Shown here: piece by piece, positions 40,386 through 54,015 of the stretch | Position numbering within the stretch: the first letter of the stretch is position 1 | How the letters are laid out: every line of letters starts with the position of its first letter | Notes under the pieces: model-generated | What the model saw: only the letters and a program-made list of their open reading frames with translations | What the model was told of the DNA's origin: nothing | Database searches by the model: none | Origin: Eledone cirrhosa | Taxonomy: Eukaryota | NCBI GenBank assembly: GCA_964016885.1 | Contig: OZ024741.1 | Coordinates: 272,180,001-272,244,000, forward strand | DNA: 64,000 nucleotides | Reading direction: 5' to 3' | Program-made: the position numbers and the translations under genes

Positions 40386-40669
40386 AACAACATGTAAATG
40401 TACTTTAAGCAAAATCTAACAAAACTTTGCTGGGTTTTTGTAGTAAAGACATCATAATTCAAAATATGTTATAATCTTGGTGGTGATGGTGGTGGTGGTG
40501 GTGGTGGTGACAGCAGTGGTGATGTGGTGGTGGTGGTGGTGACAGCAGTGGTGATGTGCTGGTGGTGGTGGTGGTGGTGGTTAATTTTTAGACAATGTAT
40601 ATAACACAAGTAGTACAAAATTCAAGTGGCCACTACAGACATCTCTTCTCATATATACAGTATATATCA

Positions 40670-41730
40670 TCATCATCATCGTTGAACGTCCATATTCCAC
40701 GCTTGCATGGGTTTGGACGGGGGTTTTCCCACTTGAGGCAAGAGTGGTTGTCTTGCTCGTATAGGACTGTCTGGCGGGTTTTCTACAGCTGGATGCCCTT
40801 CCTAACACCAACCACATTTACAGTGTGGAACTGGGAGGTTTTTACCGTGTTGCCTACACGGCCACATTACAGCGTGGACTGTGTGTTTTTTTGTCGTGAC
40901 ACCTACACGACCTCATTTGTTTCGGGCTGGATGTTGTGACACCAACATACCTTTACATTGAAGGGGTGGTGTGGATGGGGTGGGGGTAGTGGGACGGGGT
41001 GTATTTTGTTAGAGGTACCTACTGACTGTAGTAGGTTTCACTTTGTACTTAGGTAAGGCGGGTCTTCTCTATTACTGTGTAGCGCCAAAGCTCTCGGTCC
41101 AGTGACATTGTCTTGGAGAGGTGTAAGTGTGTGAGGTCGGAATTTATCAAGTCGTCCCAGGTTTTTCTGGGTCTGCCTACTCCGTGGCTACCGTCTATTT
41201 TTATTGCCCTGCACTTTTTTATACAGCTGTCGTCTTTCATGCGCATCACGTGACCATACCAACGTAGTCTTCTCTTGAGTAAACAACATCTGATCCCTCT
41301 TATTTCTAATTTCTCCCTTCGTACGTTTATGCTTTGCCGTTCACGTATGTTACTATTACACATCCAGCGGAGCATGCAAGCTTCGTTTCTCTCCAGTCTG
41401 CGTATATCCTCTGCACACAATGCCCAGGTCTCACTGCCATGTAACATTGCTGTTCGTATGCAGGCATCATACAGCCTGCCTTTCATTTTTAGAGAGAACC
41501 CTTTAGCGGCCAATAGTGGTATAAGCTCTCTGAACTTTTTCCATCCCGTTCTGACCCTAGCTACTGTACTTTCAGAGCACCCTCCCCCACTGCTGATTTT
41601 ATCACCCAGGTAACGGAAGCTGTCCACTATTTCTATAGAACCATCTGTGCAATGGAATGAGTTAGTATTTTGTGAGCACTTGCTGCTACTTATTGCACCA
41701 GAGCACCGGCCACATATAAAATCTATATTC
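40670..41730 (-). mobile_element. RTE LINE 3' end with UTR
   Basis: Intact 192-aa C-terminal ORF at 41049-41627. Confidence 0.93.
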
Positions 41731-42247
41731 TTATAATTGTTTCTACTTTTGGCACAAGGCCAGCAATTACCCAGTGTATTACTGGTACTCTATTTTATCA
41801 ACCCCGTAAGGATGAAAGGCAAAGTTAACCTCGGCGGGATTTGAACTCAGAATGGCAAGGGCCGTAACTCATGGCGTCCGACTCTCTACCGATAGTGCCA
41901 ATCCATATATAATACACACACATATGTTTGTGTGTGTTTATCATCATCATCGCTTAACGTCCATCTTCCATGCTAGCATGGGTTAGATGGGTTTGTCCCA
42001 CTTGAGGCAAGTTGGGTCGGGTGACCATGTCTTGGTTGTATAGAACTGTTTCTGGCTGGTTTTCTACGGCTGGATGCCCTTCCTAACACCAACCACATTT
42101 ACAGTGTGTGCTGGGTGCTTTTTACCATGTCTCCTACACAACCACTTTACAGTGTGGACTGGGTGCTTTTTGTCATGACACCTACACGACCACTTATATA
42201 TATGTGTGCGTATGTATGTGTATATTTATGTATAATACATACACACT

Positions 42248-42289
<42 letters not shown>

Positions 42290-42342
42290 AGGTAATTCCG
42301 AAGAAAAAGCAAATCCCATTTCACATTTTCTATTCATAACAT

Positions 42343-42410
42343 CTTTGTCTGATGAATGATCCAGACGTATATTAATATTGTCTAGGGTCCTGAAACCTTT
42401 GGTAATGGAG
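42343..42410 (+). ncRNA. Degenerate minimal type I hammerhead ribozyme motif
   Basis: ctttgt-CTGATGA-stem II (atgatccagac...gtctagggtcct)-GAAA-cctttgg-TA-atggag. Stem I relies on several G-U pairs. Confidence 0.55.
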
Positions 42411-42480
42411 TAGTTATAGATTGTGTTGTTCACTTTCTAGCAAGCAGGGAAGAGTGGACATAAAATGATGATGATGGAAG

Positions 42481-42790
42481 CACATGGCTTAGTGGTTAGA
42501 TCATTGGCCTTGCAATCGAAAGGTTGTGAGTTCAATTCTCAGACCGGGTGATGTGTTGTTTCCTTGAGCAAGATACTTTATTTCACATTGCTCCAGTTTA
42601 CTCAGCTGTAGAAATGAGATGATAGGGACTGGGGTCCCTATCATTCCATTGAAAAGTGGTCGTGGAGGTGCCACGGCAAAAAAGCACCCAGCACTCACTG
42701 TAAATGAGGTTGGTGTTAGGAAGGGCATCCAGCTGTAGAAATCAAGCCAGAATCAGTTCCCGTCCCACCCTTGCAAGCAGGGAAAAGCGT
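42481..42790 (+). mobile_element. tRNA-derived SINE family B with an RTE-derived tail; another copy at 60085-60335(-)
   Basis: A-box TGGCTTAGTGG, B-box GTTCAATTC, ccttgagcaagatacttt core, and a tail matching the RTE 3' UTR at 6920-7030. Confidence 0.85.
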
Positions 42791-43047
42791 CAAATGTCTT
42801 TTATCACCCATCTTTTGACCTTCTCAATGTCTATTATTGCTCCTCTCTGTCTATTTACTCCATCTTGATGGATGAAAGAGCTTTGACAATTAACAATTAA
42901 ACCACCCAGTTACTAAACTAACCACAACTAATAAACTGAAGGGCAACTTGACTGGTGCATGTGTTTTTATTGGCAGCATGACCCTACCAAAGTATAACAA
43001 TATCTGTTTCAACATAAATTCAAAATCAAACAGATATATACAATGTA

Positions 43048-43130
<83 letters not shown>

Positions 43131-43362
43131 AGAAGGAACACATAATATATTTAAACATAAGCATAGATACATATATAAGTGTAGCCCACTTCAACGATGT
43201 GGCTCAATAAATGAATGAAATAATCATTAATCAGCTCCGTTTAATTGATTATTTATTTAGTTAATTTCTCCGGACGAAGAAGAAAAATTTGGTAAATTTT
43301 ATCTGCCTATTCTTCAAACTTATAATTTTATATATATATATTTTCTGTCTCTTTCTCTGCAG

Positions 43363-43444
43363 GCAGCGTTACTCCATGACACAGTGGAGGACACAGACAC
43401 CACCCTGGAAGAAATCAAGGAATATTTTGGAGAGAAAGTGGCCG
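43363..43444 (+). CDS. HDDC3: HDDC3/MESH1 exon 3 (HD motif)
   Basis: ctttctctgcag acceptor, encodes [27 protein letters not shown], donor gtaaag at 43445. Confidence 0.97.
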
Positions 43445-43499
43445 GTAAAGTTCTGTTTTTATGTTTTACAAATATATTTGGCCTTGTTGGGCTAGATCA

Positions 43500-46400
43500 G
43501 ATCAATGTGGCATGAGACTTTGTTAGACTGGATCACAGATCAGTGTGGCATGAGACTGACTGGATCACACATCAATGTGGCATGAGACTCTGACTGAATC
43601 ACACATCAATGTGGCATGAGACTTTGACTGGATCACACATCAATGTGGCATGAGACTCTGACTGAATCACACATCAATGTGGCATGAGACTCTGACTGGA
43701 TCACACATCAATGTGGCATGAGACTCTGACTGAATCACACATCAATGTGGCATGAGGCTCTGACTGGATCACACATCAATGTGGCATGAGACTGACTGAA
43801 TCACACATCAATGTGGCATGAGACTGACTGGATCACACATCAATGTGGCATGAGACTCTGACTGGATCACAGATCAATGTGACATGAGACTCTGACTGGA
43901 TCACACATCAATGTGGCATGACACTGACTGGATTGCACATCAATGTGGCATGAGACTGACTGGATTGCACATCAATGTGGCATGAGATTCTGACTGGATC
44001 ACCCATCAATGTGGCATGAGACTGACTGGATTGCACATCAATGTGGCATGAGACTGACTGGATTGCACATCAATGTGGCATGAGACTGACTGGATTGCAC
44101 ATCAATGTGGCATGAGACTCTGACTGGATCACAGATCAATGTGGCATGAGACTCTGACTGGATCACACATCAATGTGGCATGAGACTCTGACTGGATCAC
44201 AGATCAATGTGGCATGAGACTCTGACTGGATCACCCATCAATGTGGCATGAGACTGACTGGATCACCCATCAATGTGGCATGAGACTGACTGGATTGCAC
44301 ATCAATGTGGCATGAGACTGACTGGATTGCACATCAATGTGGCATGAGACTGACTGGATTGCACATCAATGTGGCATGAGACTGACTGGATCACACATCA
44401 ATGTGGTATGAGACTCTGACTGGATCACAGATCAATGTGACATGAGACTCTGACTGGATCACAGATCAATGTGGCATGAGACTCTGACTGGATCACAGAT
44501 CAATGTGGCATGAGACTCTGACTGGATCACAGATCAATGTGACATGAAACTCTGACTGAATCACACATCAATGTGACATGAGACTCTGACTGGATCACAG
44601 ATCAATGTGGCATGAGACTCTGACTGGATCACACATCAATGTGGCATGAGACTCTGACTGGATCACAGATCAATGTGACATGAGACTTTGACTGGATCAC
44701 ACATCAATGTGGCATGAGACTGACTGAATCACAGATCAATGTGACATGAGACTCTGACTGAATCACAAATCAATGTGACATGAGACTCTGACTGGATCAC
44801 AGATCAATGTGACATGAGACTCTGACTGAATCACAAATCAATGTGACATGAGACTCTGACTGGATCACAGATCAATGTGACATGAGACTCTGACTGAATC
44901 ACAGATCAATGTGACATGAGACTCTGACTGGATCACAGATCAATGTGACATGAGACTCTGACTGGATCACACATCAATGTGGCATGAGACTCTGACTAGA
45001 TCACACATCAATGTGACATGAAACTCTGACTGGATCACACATCAATGTGGCATGAAACTCTGACTGGATCACACATCAATGTGGCATGAGACTCTGACTG
45101 GATCACAGATCAATGTGGCATGAGACTCTGACTGGATCACAGATCAATGTGGCATGAGACTCTGACTGGATCACACATCAATGTGGCATGAGACTCTGAC
45201 TGGATCACAGATCAATGTGACATGAGACTCTGACTGGATCACACATCAATGTGGCATGAGACTTTGACTGGATCACACATCAATGTGACATGAGACTCTG
45301 ACTGGATCACACATCAATGTAGCATGAGACTTTGACTGGATCACACATCAATGTGGCATGAGACTCTGACTAGATCACACATCAATGTGGCATGAGAATG
45401 ACTGGATCACACATCAATGTAGCATGAGACTCTGACTGGATCACAGATCAATGTGGCATGAGACTCTGACTGGATCACACATCAATGTGACATGAGAATG
45501 ACTGGATCACACATCAATGTAGCATGAGACTCTGACTGGATCACACATCAATGTAGCATGAGACTCTGACTGGATCACAGATCAATGTGACATGAGACTC
45601 TGACTGGATCACACATCAATGTGACATGAGAATGACTGGATCACACATCAATGTAGCATGAGACTCTGACTGGATCACAGATCAATGTGGCATGAGACTC
45701 TGACTGGATCACAGATCAATGTGACATGAGACTCTGACTGGATCACAGATCAATGTGGCATGAGACTCTGACTGGATCACACATCAATGTGGCATGAGAC
45801 TCTGACTGGATCACAGATCAATGTGACATGAGACTCTGACTGGATCACACATCAATGTGGCATGAGACTCTGACTGAATCACACATCAATGTGGCATGAG
45901 ACTCTGACTGGATCACAGATCAATGTGACATGAGACTCTGACTGGATCACAGATCAATGTGGCATGAGACTCTGACTGGATCACACATCAATGTGGCATG
46001 AGACTCTGACTGGATCACAGATCAATGTGACATGAGACTCTGACTGGATCACAGATCAAGGTGGCATGAGACTGACTGGATCACAGATCAATGTGGCATG
46101 AGACTCTGACTGGATCACACATCAATGTGACATGAGACTCTGACTAGATCACAGATCAATGTGGCATGAGACTCTGACTGGATCACAGATCAAGGTGGCA
46201 TGTGACTCTGACTGGATCACAGATCAATGTGACATGAGACTCTGACTGGATCACAGATCAAGGTGGCATGAGACTCTGACTGGATCACAGATCAATGTGA
46301 CATGAGACTCTGACTGGATCACAGATCAATGTGGCATGAGACTCTGACTGGATCACACATCAATGTGGCATGAGACTCTGACTGGATCACAGATCAATGT

Positions 46401-49400
46401 GACATGAGACTCTGACTGGATCACAGATCAATGTGGCATGAGACTCTGACTGAATCACACATCAATGTGGCATGAGACTCTGACTGGATCACAGATCAAT
46501 GTGACATGAGACTCTGACTGGATCACAGATCAATGTGGCATGAGACTCTGACTGGATCACACATCAATGTGGCATGAGACTCTGACTGGATCACAGATCA
46601 ATGTGACATGAGACTCTGACTGGATCACAGATCAAGGTGGCATGAGACTCTGACTGGATCACAGATCAATGTGACATGAGACTCTGACTGGATCACAGAT
46701 CAATGTGACATGAGACTCTGACTGGATCACACATCAATGTGGCATGAGACTCTGACTGGATCACAGATCAATGTGACATGAGACTCTGACTGGATCACAG
46801 ATCAATGTGGCATGAGACTCTGACTGGATCACAGATCAATGTGGCATGAGACTCTGACTGGATCACAGATCAATGTGGCATGAGACTCTGACTGGATCAC
46901 ACATCAATGTGGCATGAGACTCTGACTGGATCACAGATCAATGTGACATGAGACTCTGACTGGATCACACATCAATGTGGCATGAGACTCTGACTGAATC
47001 ACACATCAATGTGGCATGAGACTCTGACTGGATCACAGATCAATGTGACATGAGACTCTGACTGGATCACAGATCAATGTGGCATGAGACTCTGACTGGA
47101 TCACACATCAATGTGGCATGAGACTCTGACTGGATCACAGATCAATGTGACATGAGACTCTGACTGGATCACAGATCAAGGTGGCATGAGACTGACTGGA
47201 TCACAGATCAATGTGGCATGAGACTCTGACTGGATCACACATCAATGTGACATGAGACTCTGACTAGATCACAGATCAATGTGGCATGAGACTCTGACTG
47301 GATCACAGATCAAGGTGGCATGAGACTCTGACTGGATCACAGATCAATGTGACATGAGACTCTGACTGGATCACAGATCAAGGTGGCATGAGACTCTGAC
47401 TGGATCACAGATCAATGTGACATGAGACTCTGACTGGATCACAGATCAATGTGGCATGAGACTCTGACTGGATCACACATCAATGTGGCATGAGACTCTG
47501 ACTGGATCACAGATCAATGTGACATGAGACTCTGACTGGATCACAGATCAATGTGGCATGAGACTCTGACTGAATCACACATCAATGTGGCATGAGACTC
47601 TGACTGGATCACAGATCAATGTGACATGAGACTCTGACTGGATCACAGATCAATGTGGCATGAGACTCTGACTGGATCACACATCAATGTGGCATGAGAC
47701 TCTGACTGGATCACAGATCAATGTGACATGAGACTCTGACTGGATCACAGATCAAGGTGGCATGAGACTCTGACTGGATCACAGATCAATGTGACATGAG
47801 ACTCTGACTGGATCACAGATCAATGTGACATGAGACTCTGACTGGATCACACATCAATGTGGCATGAGACTCTGACTGGATCACAGATCAATGTGACATG
47901 AGACTCTGACTGGATCACAGATCAATGTGGCATGAGACTCTGACTGGATCACAGATCAATGTGGCATGAGACTCTGACTGGATCACAGATCAATGTGGCA
48001 TGAAACTCTGACTGGATCACAGATCAAGGTGGCATGAGACTCTGACTGGATCACAGATCAATGTGACATGAGACTCTGACTGGATCACAGATCAAGGTGG
48101 CATGAGACTCTGACTGGATCACAGATCAATGTGACATGAGACTCTGACTGGATCACAGATCAATGTGGCATGAGACTCTGACTGGATCACACATCAATGT
48201 GGCATGAGACTCTGACTGGATCACAGATCAATGTGGCATGAGACTCTGACTGGATCACACATCAATGTGACATGAGACTCTGATTAGATCACAGATCAAT
48301 GTGGCATGAGACTCTGACTGGATCACAGATCAATGTGACATGAGACTCTGACTGGATCACAGATCAAGGTGGCATGAGACTCTGACTGGATCACAGATCA
48401 ATGTGACATGAGACTCTGACTGGATCACACATCAATGTGACATGAGACTCTGATTAGATCACAGATCAATGTGGCATGAGACTCTGACTGGATCACAGAT
48501 CAATGTGACATGAGACTCTGACTGGATCACAGATCAAGGTGGCATGAGACTCTGACTGGATCACAGATCAATGTGACATGAGACTCTGACTGGATCACAG
48601 ATCAATGTGGCATGAGACTCTGACTGGATCACACATCAATGTGGCATGAGACTCTGACTGGATCACAGATCAATGTGGCATGAGACTCTGACTGGATCAC
48701 ACATCAATGTGACATGAGACTCTGATTAGATCACAGATTAATGTGGCATGAGACTCTGACTGGATCACAGATCAAGGTGGCATGAGACTCTGACTGGATC
48801 ACAGATCAATGTGACATGAGACTCTGACTGGATCACAGATCAAGGTGGCATGAGACTCTGACTGGATCACAGATCAATGTGACATGAGACTCTGACTGGA
48901 TCACAGATCAATGTGACATGAGACTCTGACTGGATCACAGATCAAGGTGGCATGAGACTCTGACTGGATCATAGATCAATGTTACATGAGACTCTGACTG
49001 AATCACACATCAATGAGACATGAAACTCTGACTGGATCACACATCAATGTGGCATGAGACTCTGACTGGATCACAGATCAATGTGACATGAGACTCTGAC
49101 TAGATCACACATCAATGTGACATGAGATTCTGACTGGATCACAGATCAATGTGGCATGAGACTCTGACTGGATCACACATCAATGTGGCATGAGACTCTG
49201 ACTGGATCACAGATCAATGTGGCATGAGACTTTGACTGGATCACAGATCAATGTGACATGAGACTTTGACTGGATCACAGATCAATGTGACATGAGACTT
49301 TGACTGGATCACAGATCAATGAGACATGAAACTCTGACTGGATCACACATCAATGTGGCATGAGACTCTGACTGGATCACAGATCAATGTGGCATGGGAC

Positions 49401-51480
49401 TCTGACTGGATCACACATCAATGTGGCATGAGACTCTGACTGGATCACAGATCAATGAGACATGAAACTCTGACTGGATCATACATCAATGTGGCATGAA
49501 ACTCTGACTGGATCACACATCAATGTGGCATGAGACTCTGACTGGATCACACATCAATGTGGCATGAGACTCTGACTGGATCACAGATCAATGTGACATG
49601 AGACTCTGACTGGATCACACATCAATGTGGCATGAGACTCTGACTGGATCACAGATCAATGTGGCATGAGACTGACTGGATCACAGATCAATGTGACATG
49701 AGACTCTGACTGGATCACACATCAATGTGACATGAGACTGACTGGATCACATATCAATGTGGCATGAGACTCTGACTGGATCACAGATCAATGTGGCATG
49801 AGACTTTGACTGGATCACAGATTAATGTGGCATGAGACTCTGACTGGATCACAGATCAATGTGACATGAGACTCTGACTGGATCACAGATCAATGTGGTA
49901 TGAGACTCTGACTGGATCACAGATCAATGTGGCATGAAACTCTGACTGGATCACACATCAATGTGGCATGAGACTCTGACTGGATCACAGATCAATGTGG
50001 CATGAGACTCTGACTGGATCACAGATTAATGTGGCATGAGACTCTGACTGGATCACAGATCAATGTGACATGAGACTCTGACTGGATCACAGATCAATGT
50101 GGCATGAAACTCTGACTGGATCACACATCAATGTGGCATGAGACTCTGACTGGATCACAGATCAATGTGGCATGAGACTCTGACTGGATCACACATCAAT
50201 GTGACATGAGAATGACTGGATCACACATCAATGTGGCATGAGAATGACTGGATCACACATCAATGTAGCATGAGACTCTGACTGGATCACAGATCAATGT
50301 GGCATGAGACTCTGACTGGATCACACATCAATGTGGCATGAGACTTTGACTGGATCACACATCAATGTGGCATGAGACTCTGACTGGATCACACATCAAT
50401 GTGGCATGAGACTCTGACTGGATCACACATCAATGTGGTATGAGACTCTGACTGGATCACAGATCAATGTGGCATGAGACTTTGACTGGATCACACATCA
50501 ATGTGGCATGAGAGTCTGACTGGATCACACATCAATGTGTCATGAGACTCTGACTGGATCACACATCAATGTGGCATGAGACTCTGACTGGATCACACAT
50601 CAATGTGGCATGAGACTTTGACTGGATCACAGATGAATGTGGCATGAGACTTTGACTGGATCACAGATCAATGTGACATGAGACTCTGACTGGATCACAC
50701 ATCAATGTGGCATGAGACTTTGACTGGATCACAGATCAATGTGGCATGAGACTTTGACTGGATCACACATCAATGTGGCATGAGACTCTGACTGGATCAC
50801 AGATCAATGTGACATGAGACTTTGACTGGATCACACATCAATGTGGCATGAGACTCTGACTGGATCACACATCAATGTGACATGAGACTTTGACTGGATC
50901 ACAGATTAATGTGGCATGAGGCATGACTGGATCACACATCAATGTGGTATGAGACTCTGACTGGATCACAGATCAATGTGGCATGAGACTTTGACTGGAT
51001 CACACATCAAGGTGGCATGAGACTTTGACTGGATCACACATCAATGTGACATGAGACTTTGACTGGATCACACATCAATGTGACATGAGACTTTGACTGG
51101 ATCACAGATCAATGTGACATGAGACATGACTGGATCACACATCAATGTGGCATGAGACTTTGACTGGATCACAGATTAATGTGGCATGAGACTCTGACTG
51201 GATCACAGATCAATGTGGCATGAGACTCTGACTGAATCACACATCAATGTGGCATGAGACTCTGACTGGATCACAGATCAATGTGACATGAGACTTTGAC
51301 TGGATCACAGATCAATGTGACATGAGACTCTGACTGGATCACAGATCAATGTGAGATGAGACTCTGACTGAATCACAAATCAATGTGACATGAGACTCTG
51401 ACTGGATCACAGATCAATGTGACATGATGCTCTGTTAGACTGGATCACATATCAATCTGACATGAGACTCTGCTAAACTG
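43500..51480. repeat. 34-bp satellite (tgagactctgactggatcacaSatcaatgtgRca)n, about 235 copies, filling most of HDDC3 intron 3
   Basis: Direct 34-bp periodicity with 32-bp variants. Confidence 0.98.
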
Positions 51481-52029
51481 GATCATTACTGATTGGTAGG
51501 TTGCATGAATATTTGGCCATCTTAGGTCAATACTTCTGTTCTGAGAACCAACCTGATCTGGTGATGACCAGCCCATCCCTTGCTATCAGGGAAAGTGGAC
51601 ATTAAACGATGCTCTTGAGAATATACATATATATATATGTAAAGACAGCGGGTTGTATAAGTTGACTTTGTTCAACGAAACACATTTCCTGCATTTCTCC
51701 ATGTTACGTCTTTGTTGTAGTATCGAATTTGATAATAATAATTGTTTCTACTTTAGGCACAAGGCCAGCAAATTACCCAGTACATTACTGGTACTTTATT
51801 TTATCGACCCCGTAAGGATGAAAGGCAAAGTTAACCTCGGCGGGATTTGAGGTTAACTTTGTCTTTCATTTGATAATTTGATAATAATAATGATACTTTA
51901 TTTTCGTATTTATTTTGCAAGATTTCTTATCTGAAAATGAATGGTGAAACATTGTTATAGTTTAAGAGGGTCATACTGCCAATAAAAGCACACGCACATG
52001 TTGGTTTCACTTCAATTTATTATAAACTC

Positions 52030-52300
52030 CCAGTCGGTTAATTTAATATCCAGAAGGTTGTTTATGCAGTTGTTCATTGTCAAAGTTCTTTTGTCACACA
52101 TTCTGTTACCTCCTCAGTGACTACTTTTGTTGTTGTTTTGTGTCTTGTTTTGTTCTGACATACAACTTCAAAAATAACAACTAAGGAGAGATACAAAATA
52201 ACAACAAAAGTAGTCACTGGGAAGGTCACAGAATGTGTGACAAAAGAGCTTTGACAATTAACAACTAATCAACCATCCCGCTATTAAACTAACCGACTGG
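52030..52300. repeat. Fold-back element with ~110-bp imperfect arms containing decayed hammerhead-like cores
   Basis: ccagtcggtt...gtgactacttttgttgtt pairs with aacaacaaaagtagtcac...aaccgactgg. Confidence 0.75.
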
Positions 52301-52742
52301 ACACATAGCTGTGGTGATGGAGTGGGTGCTATGTGTGTAGCATAAGCACGTAGCATTGCCATCTTTATGTGCAGATATTTCTTCACAAGTCACACAGAAA
52401 TGGAGGAATGGCAACATGTGCAGACTCAACTGGTTAGAAGCACATAGTCACAAATATAATGTGAGTGGCTCAAGTCTTATCCTGATATCACTGCATTGTT
52501 AACCTAAACAGCAACATGTTTTGGTGGAGTCTTGAACATCTGAGCAGCCCTTTTTGTGGATGCACTACTCACCCATATGACATGGTAGGGGTCTAGAAAA
52601 GGTGACCTAAACAAAGCTTGTTTAGTCATTAAACTGCCCAGAAACCTATGGTTGGTGGTAGTTCATAATAGCTAAGAATTCATTGAAGAGATGTCGCTCT
52701 TCTGTAGAGAAGTGGCATTGTGATCATCATCATCATCATATA

Positions 52743-53639
52743 TCATAATCTATAAAGCTCAGTGTGTGGTCATGCTCCTTCGTTATAGAAATCTACGATA
52801 TAGAATTTCTTCAATTGAAATTTACAATTCCGTACTCGAAATAGCTTCGATTGCGTCTTGACGAAGATAATTTTTTCAATTTCACCCACAATTACGCAAA
52901 AAATAGATAAAACTCAATATTTTACGATTTTTCTCTCTCATTTAAACTGCTGAACTCTTTCTACTACCATTCAAAATCTATACAACTTCATACTTTCGGC
53001 TACTTTCTCTTTCCAAGCTTGATGGTGATACTGTCCGTTCACACCACTCCCTTCTATCTTAAATTTAGAAAACACATATCCTCTATGAGGTTACTAAACC
53101 TGCTAGAAACAGCAGCTAACTCTCCCCCATATTACACCCCTCCCTTCTGTCTTAAATTTAGAAAACATATCTTCTATGAGGTCACTAAACCTGCTAGAAA
53201 CAGCAGCTAACTCTCCCCCATATCACACCACTCCCTACTGTCTTAAATTTAGAAAACACATATCCTCTATGAGGTCACTAAACCTGCTAGAAACAACAGC
53301 TAACTCTCCCTCATATCACAACCCTCCCTACTGTCTTAAATTTAGAAAACACACAGACAACCATGCAGAACAACTCCATCGCAGCTCTGTTGTTCGGCTG
53401 GCATCGTCTACGCGCGTGTTGCGCAAGTACTGTGAAACAATAAATTTCAACACTTTTTTGCACAGAGATAATATCCATAGGCGAAACTACAATTGTCACT
53501 GCTGGCGCAGCTCCTGCTTCCAGGTCTGCAATTCATTCACCCAGTGCCTGGCGGACAAAAAAGTGCTGCCATAAAATGGGTGGTGCAACCTAACTTTGGT
53601 AACTTAATGACCCCGAGCAACGCCGGGCTTTAATGCTAG
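52743..53639 (+). mobile_element. Non-autonomous Helitron-like element interrupted by a ~93-bp tandem array; 5' end uncertain
   Basis: 3' hairpin cccgagcaacgccggg followed 8 nt later by CTAG|T; a TC..TATAAAG-type start near 52743. Confidence 0.5.
53035..53355. repeat. About 3.5 tandem copies of a 91-93 bp unit
   Basis: cttaaatttagaaaaca recurs at about 53058, 53151, 53242 and 53335. Confidence 0.9.
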
Positions 53640-53719
53640 TATATATATATATCACAATGACTCTATCTGTCTATTTATCTCTATTTGTCTCTAATTCATT
53701 TCTTCTTTTCCCACAACAG

Positions 53720-54015
53720 GAATCGTTGCTGAAGTGACAGATGACAAAAGTCTCGATAAAGCAGAACGTAAGCGGCTTCAAATTGAACACGCAAAGACCT
53801 GCAGCAACTCCGCAAAACTGGTGAAACTGGCTGACAAACTATACAACCTCAGAGATTTGGACCGAAGTACCCCTGTTGGCTGGACAGAAGAAAGAGTCCA
53901 ACAGTATTTTGTTTGGGCAAAGGAAGTTGTGAGAAACCTTTCTGGGACGAATATAGCAATGGAGAAAGAACTGTACAAAATTTTCCAGAGAAGAGAATTG
54001 GAACCGTTGAACTGA
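53720..54015 (+). CDS. HDDC3: HDDC3/MESH1 exon 4 (terminal)
   Basis: Encodes (G)[24 protein letters not shown]...[16 protein letters not shown]...TPVGW...*. The four exons sum to 549 nt, i.e. 182 aa plus stop. Confidence 0.97.

Noticed and set aside
39294-40419. Extensin-like Pro-rich, Gly-rich and His-rich ORFs
   Set aside because: They come from a (CCA/CTA)n tract inside HDDC3 intron 2 that is open in several frames simply because it lacks stop codons.
43500-51480. CRISPR-like array (34-bp repeats)
   Set aside because: The monomers are directly adjacent with no unique spacers, there are no cas genes, and the array lies in a eukaryotic intron. It is a satellite.
32985-54015. Bacterial SpoT-like gene acquired by horizontal transfer
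   Set aside because: It is the standard intron-containing metazoan MESH1/HDDC3 ortholog.
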